Below are positions 31,172-32,000 of a stretch of 32,000 nt of DNA, one piece after another. A program made the position numbers and the translations under genes. Source of the DNA: Wallemia ichthyophaga EXF-994 (taxonomy: Eukaryota; Fungi; Basidiomycota); contig NW_008806282.1 in NCBI RefSeq assembly GCF_000400465.1, positions 90,001 to 122,000 on the forward strand, read 5' to 3'. Each line of letters opens with the position of its first letter. Positions within the stretch are counted from its first letter, which is position 1. A model generated the notes under the pieces. The model saw nothing but the letters and a program-made list of their open reading frames with translations, had not been told where the DNA came from and did no database searches.

Positions 31172-32000
31172 GCTCTTTGCTTCAACAAAGCTAAATCGAA
31201 GATGTATCTATGTCGATCTAATGCAGTATGACCTTACCAAAACCAATGAACTGTTTCTGCATGTGATTATAAAGCACAAGATCCATCCTGTTGCCGAGAG
31301 AGCAGTTGTGTTGTTCAGCTTTTGCTAAATCCAACTCAATACGACATCATCTTTTCCGCCGTGATAACAGCACTTTGAGAACATCTTAAGCCTCGCATTA
31401 TTCAAGGTATGGATCGTTTACTGGTAGCCCGTTGCTCTAGACCTTCTTGCCAATTAACAGCCTGCAGAGAGCTGGAATAGTTATGTGTATTGCTATCTTG
31501 GGATATATATATCTGGGCTATTTCCGCTTTACAGAATGCTGCTTGGCGTGTACGAGTAAGCCAAGTCAGAACACCACAGTAAACCGCGAAAGAAATGGAA
31601 TATTGAATTCGAGTGAAACATCACATTTTGTGATCCAATTTATTATATAAACCATTCAACGCCCCTATTCAATCGAAGCATGCCGCCTCGACCAAGCCGC
31701 TAGGCTATCCATGAGCAGATGTGTGGCGGTCCAAACAGCCAACTTTCGGAGAAAATACCCGAGCTTCACGTACTTTAGCCACCCAGCTCCGCTCTGGAAA
31801 ATTTACCATTTCACTTTCTGCAGTCACAGAGAAGATGATTGCACTTAGAATAGTATTCGGATCAAAGTTCTATCAATGAATTATTGAAAGATGCTTATAA
31901 TGTGTGAAGAGAAAAGACACATGGAACATTGTGTATGATCAGCTTCGAGCCATTACTCAGTACGATATTTTTCATGAAAGACATAGTCGCATACGTAAAC

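Noticed and set aside
1-32000. tRNA, rRNA, transposase, reverse transcriptase or terminal inverted repeats
   Set aside because: None recognised by eye; a tRNAscan, Infernal or RepeatModeler run would be needed to exclude them formally.

Overview
Gene-dense eukaryotic (fungal) DNA with about 19 protein-coding genes, very short intergenic gaps and spliceosomal introns of 45-54 nt. The presence of eEF3 and Het-C plus this compactness suggests a streamlined basidiomycete such as Wallemia (inference, not verified). Recognisable genes in order: CWC25, RRB1/GRWD1, SMC6, eEF3, RRG9/neugrin-like, mitochondrial uL22, YOS1, a secreted GPI-like protein, TAH18/NDOR1, TFB4, LHS1/GRP170, malate dehydrogenase, ALO1-like lactone oxidase, an orphan, a double HMG/YABBY-like protein, APC11, an S/T/P-rich orphan, an F-box protein and a Het-C protein. 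I saw no rRNA, tRNA, CRISPR array or intact transposon. The most unusual observations are: (1) two 83%-identical 46-nt introns in het-C separated by a 2-nt exon that is needed for the reading frame; (2) an exact 42-bp copy of the eEF3 C-terminal coding sequence about 470 bp downstream, which could act as an in-frame alternative last exon; (3) an unannotated protein with two YABBY/HMG-like domains; (4) head-to-head start codons only 28-42 nt apart and co-directional genes about 30 nt apart; (5) two GC-AG introns and a GTGGGT-dominated donor usage. Exon models were built by hand and need RNA-seq confirmation.
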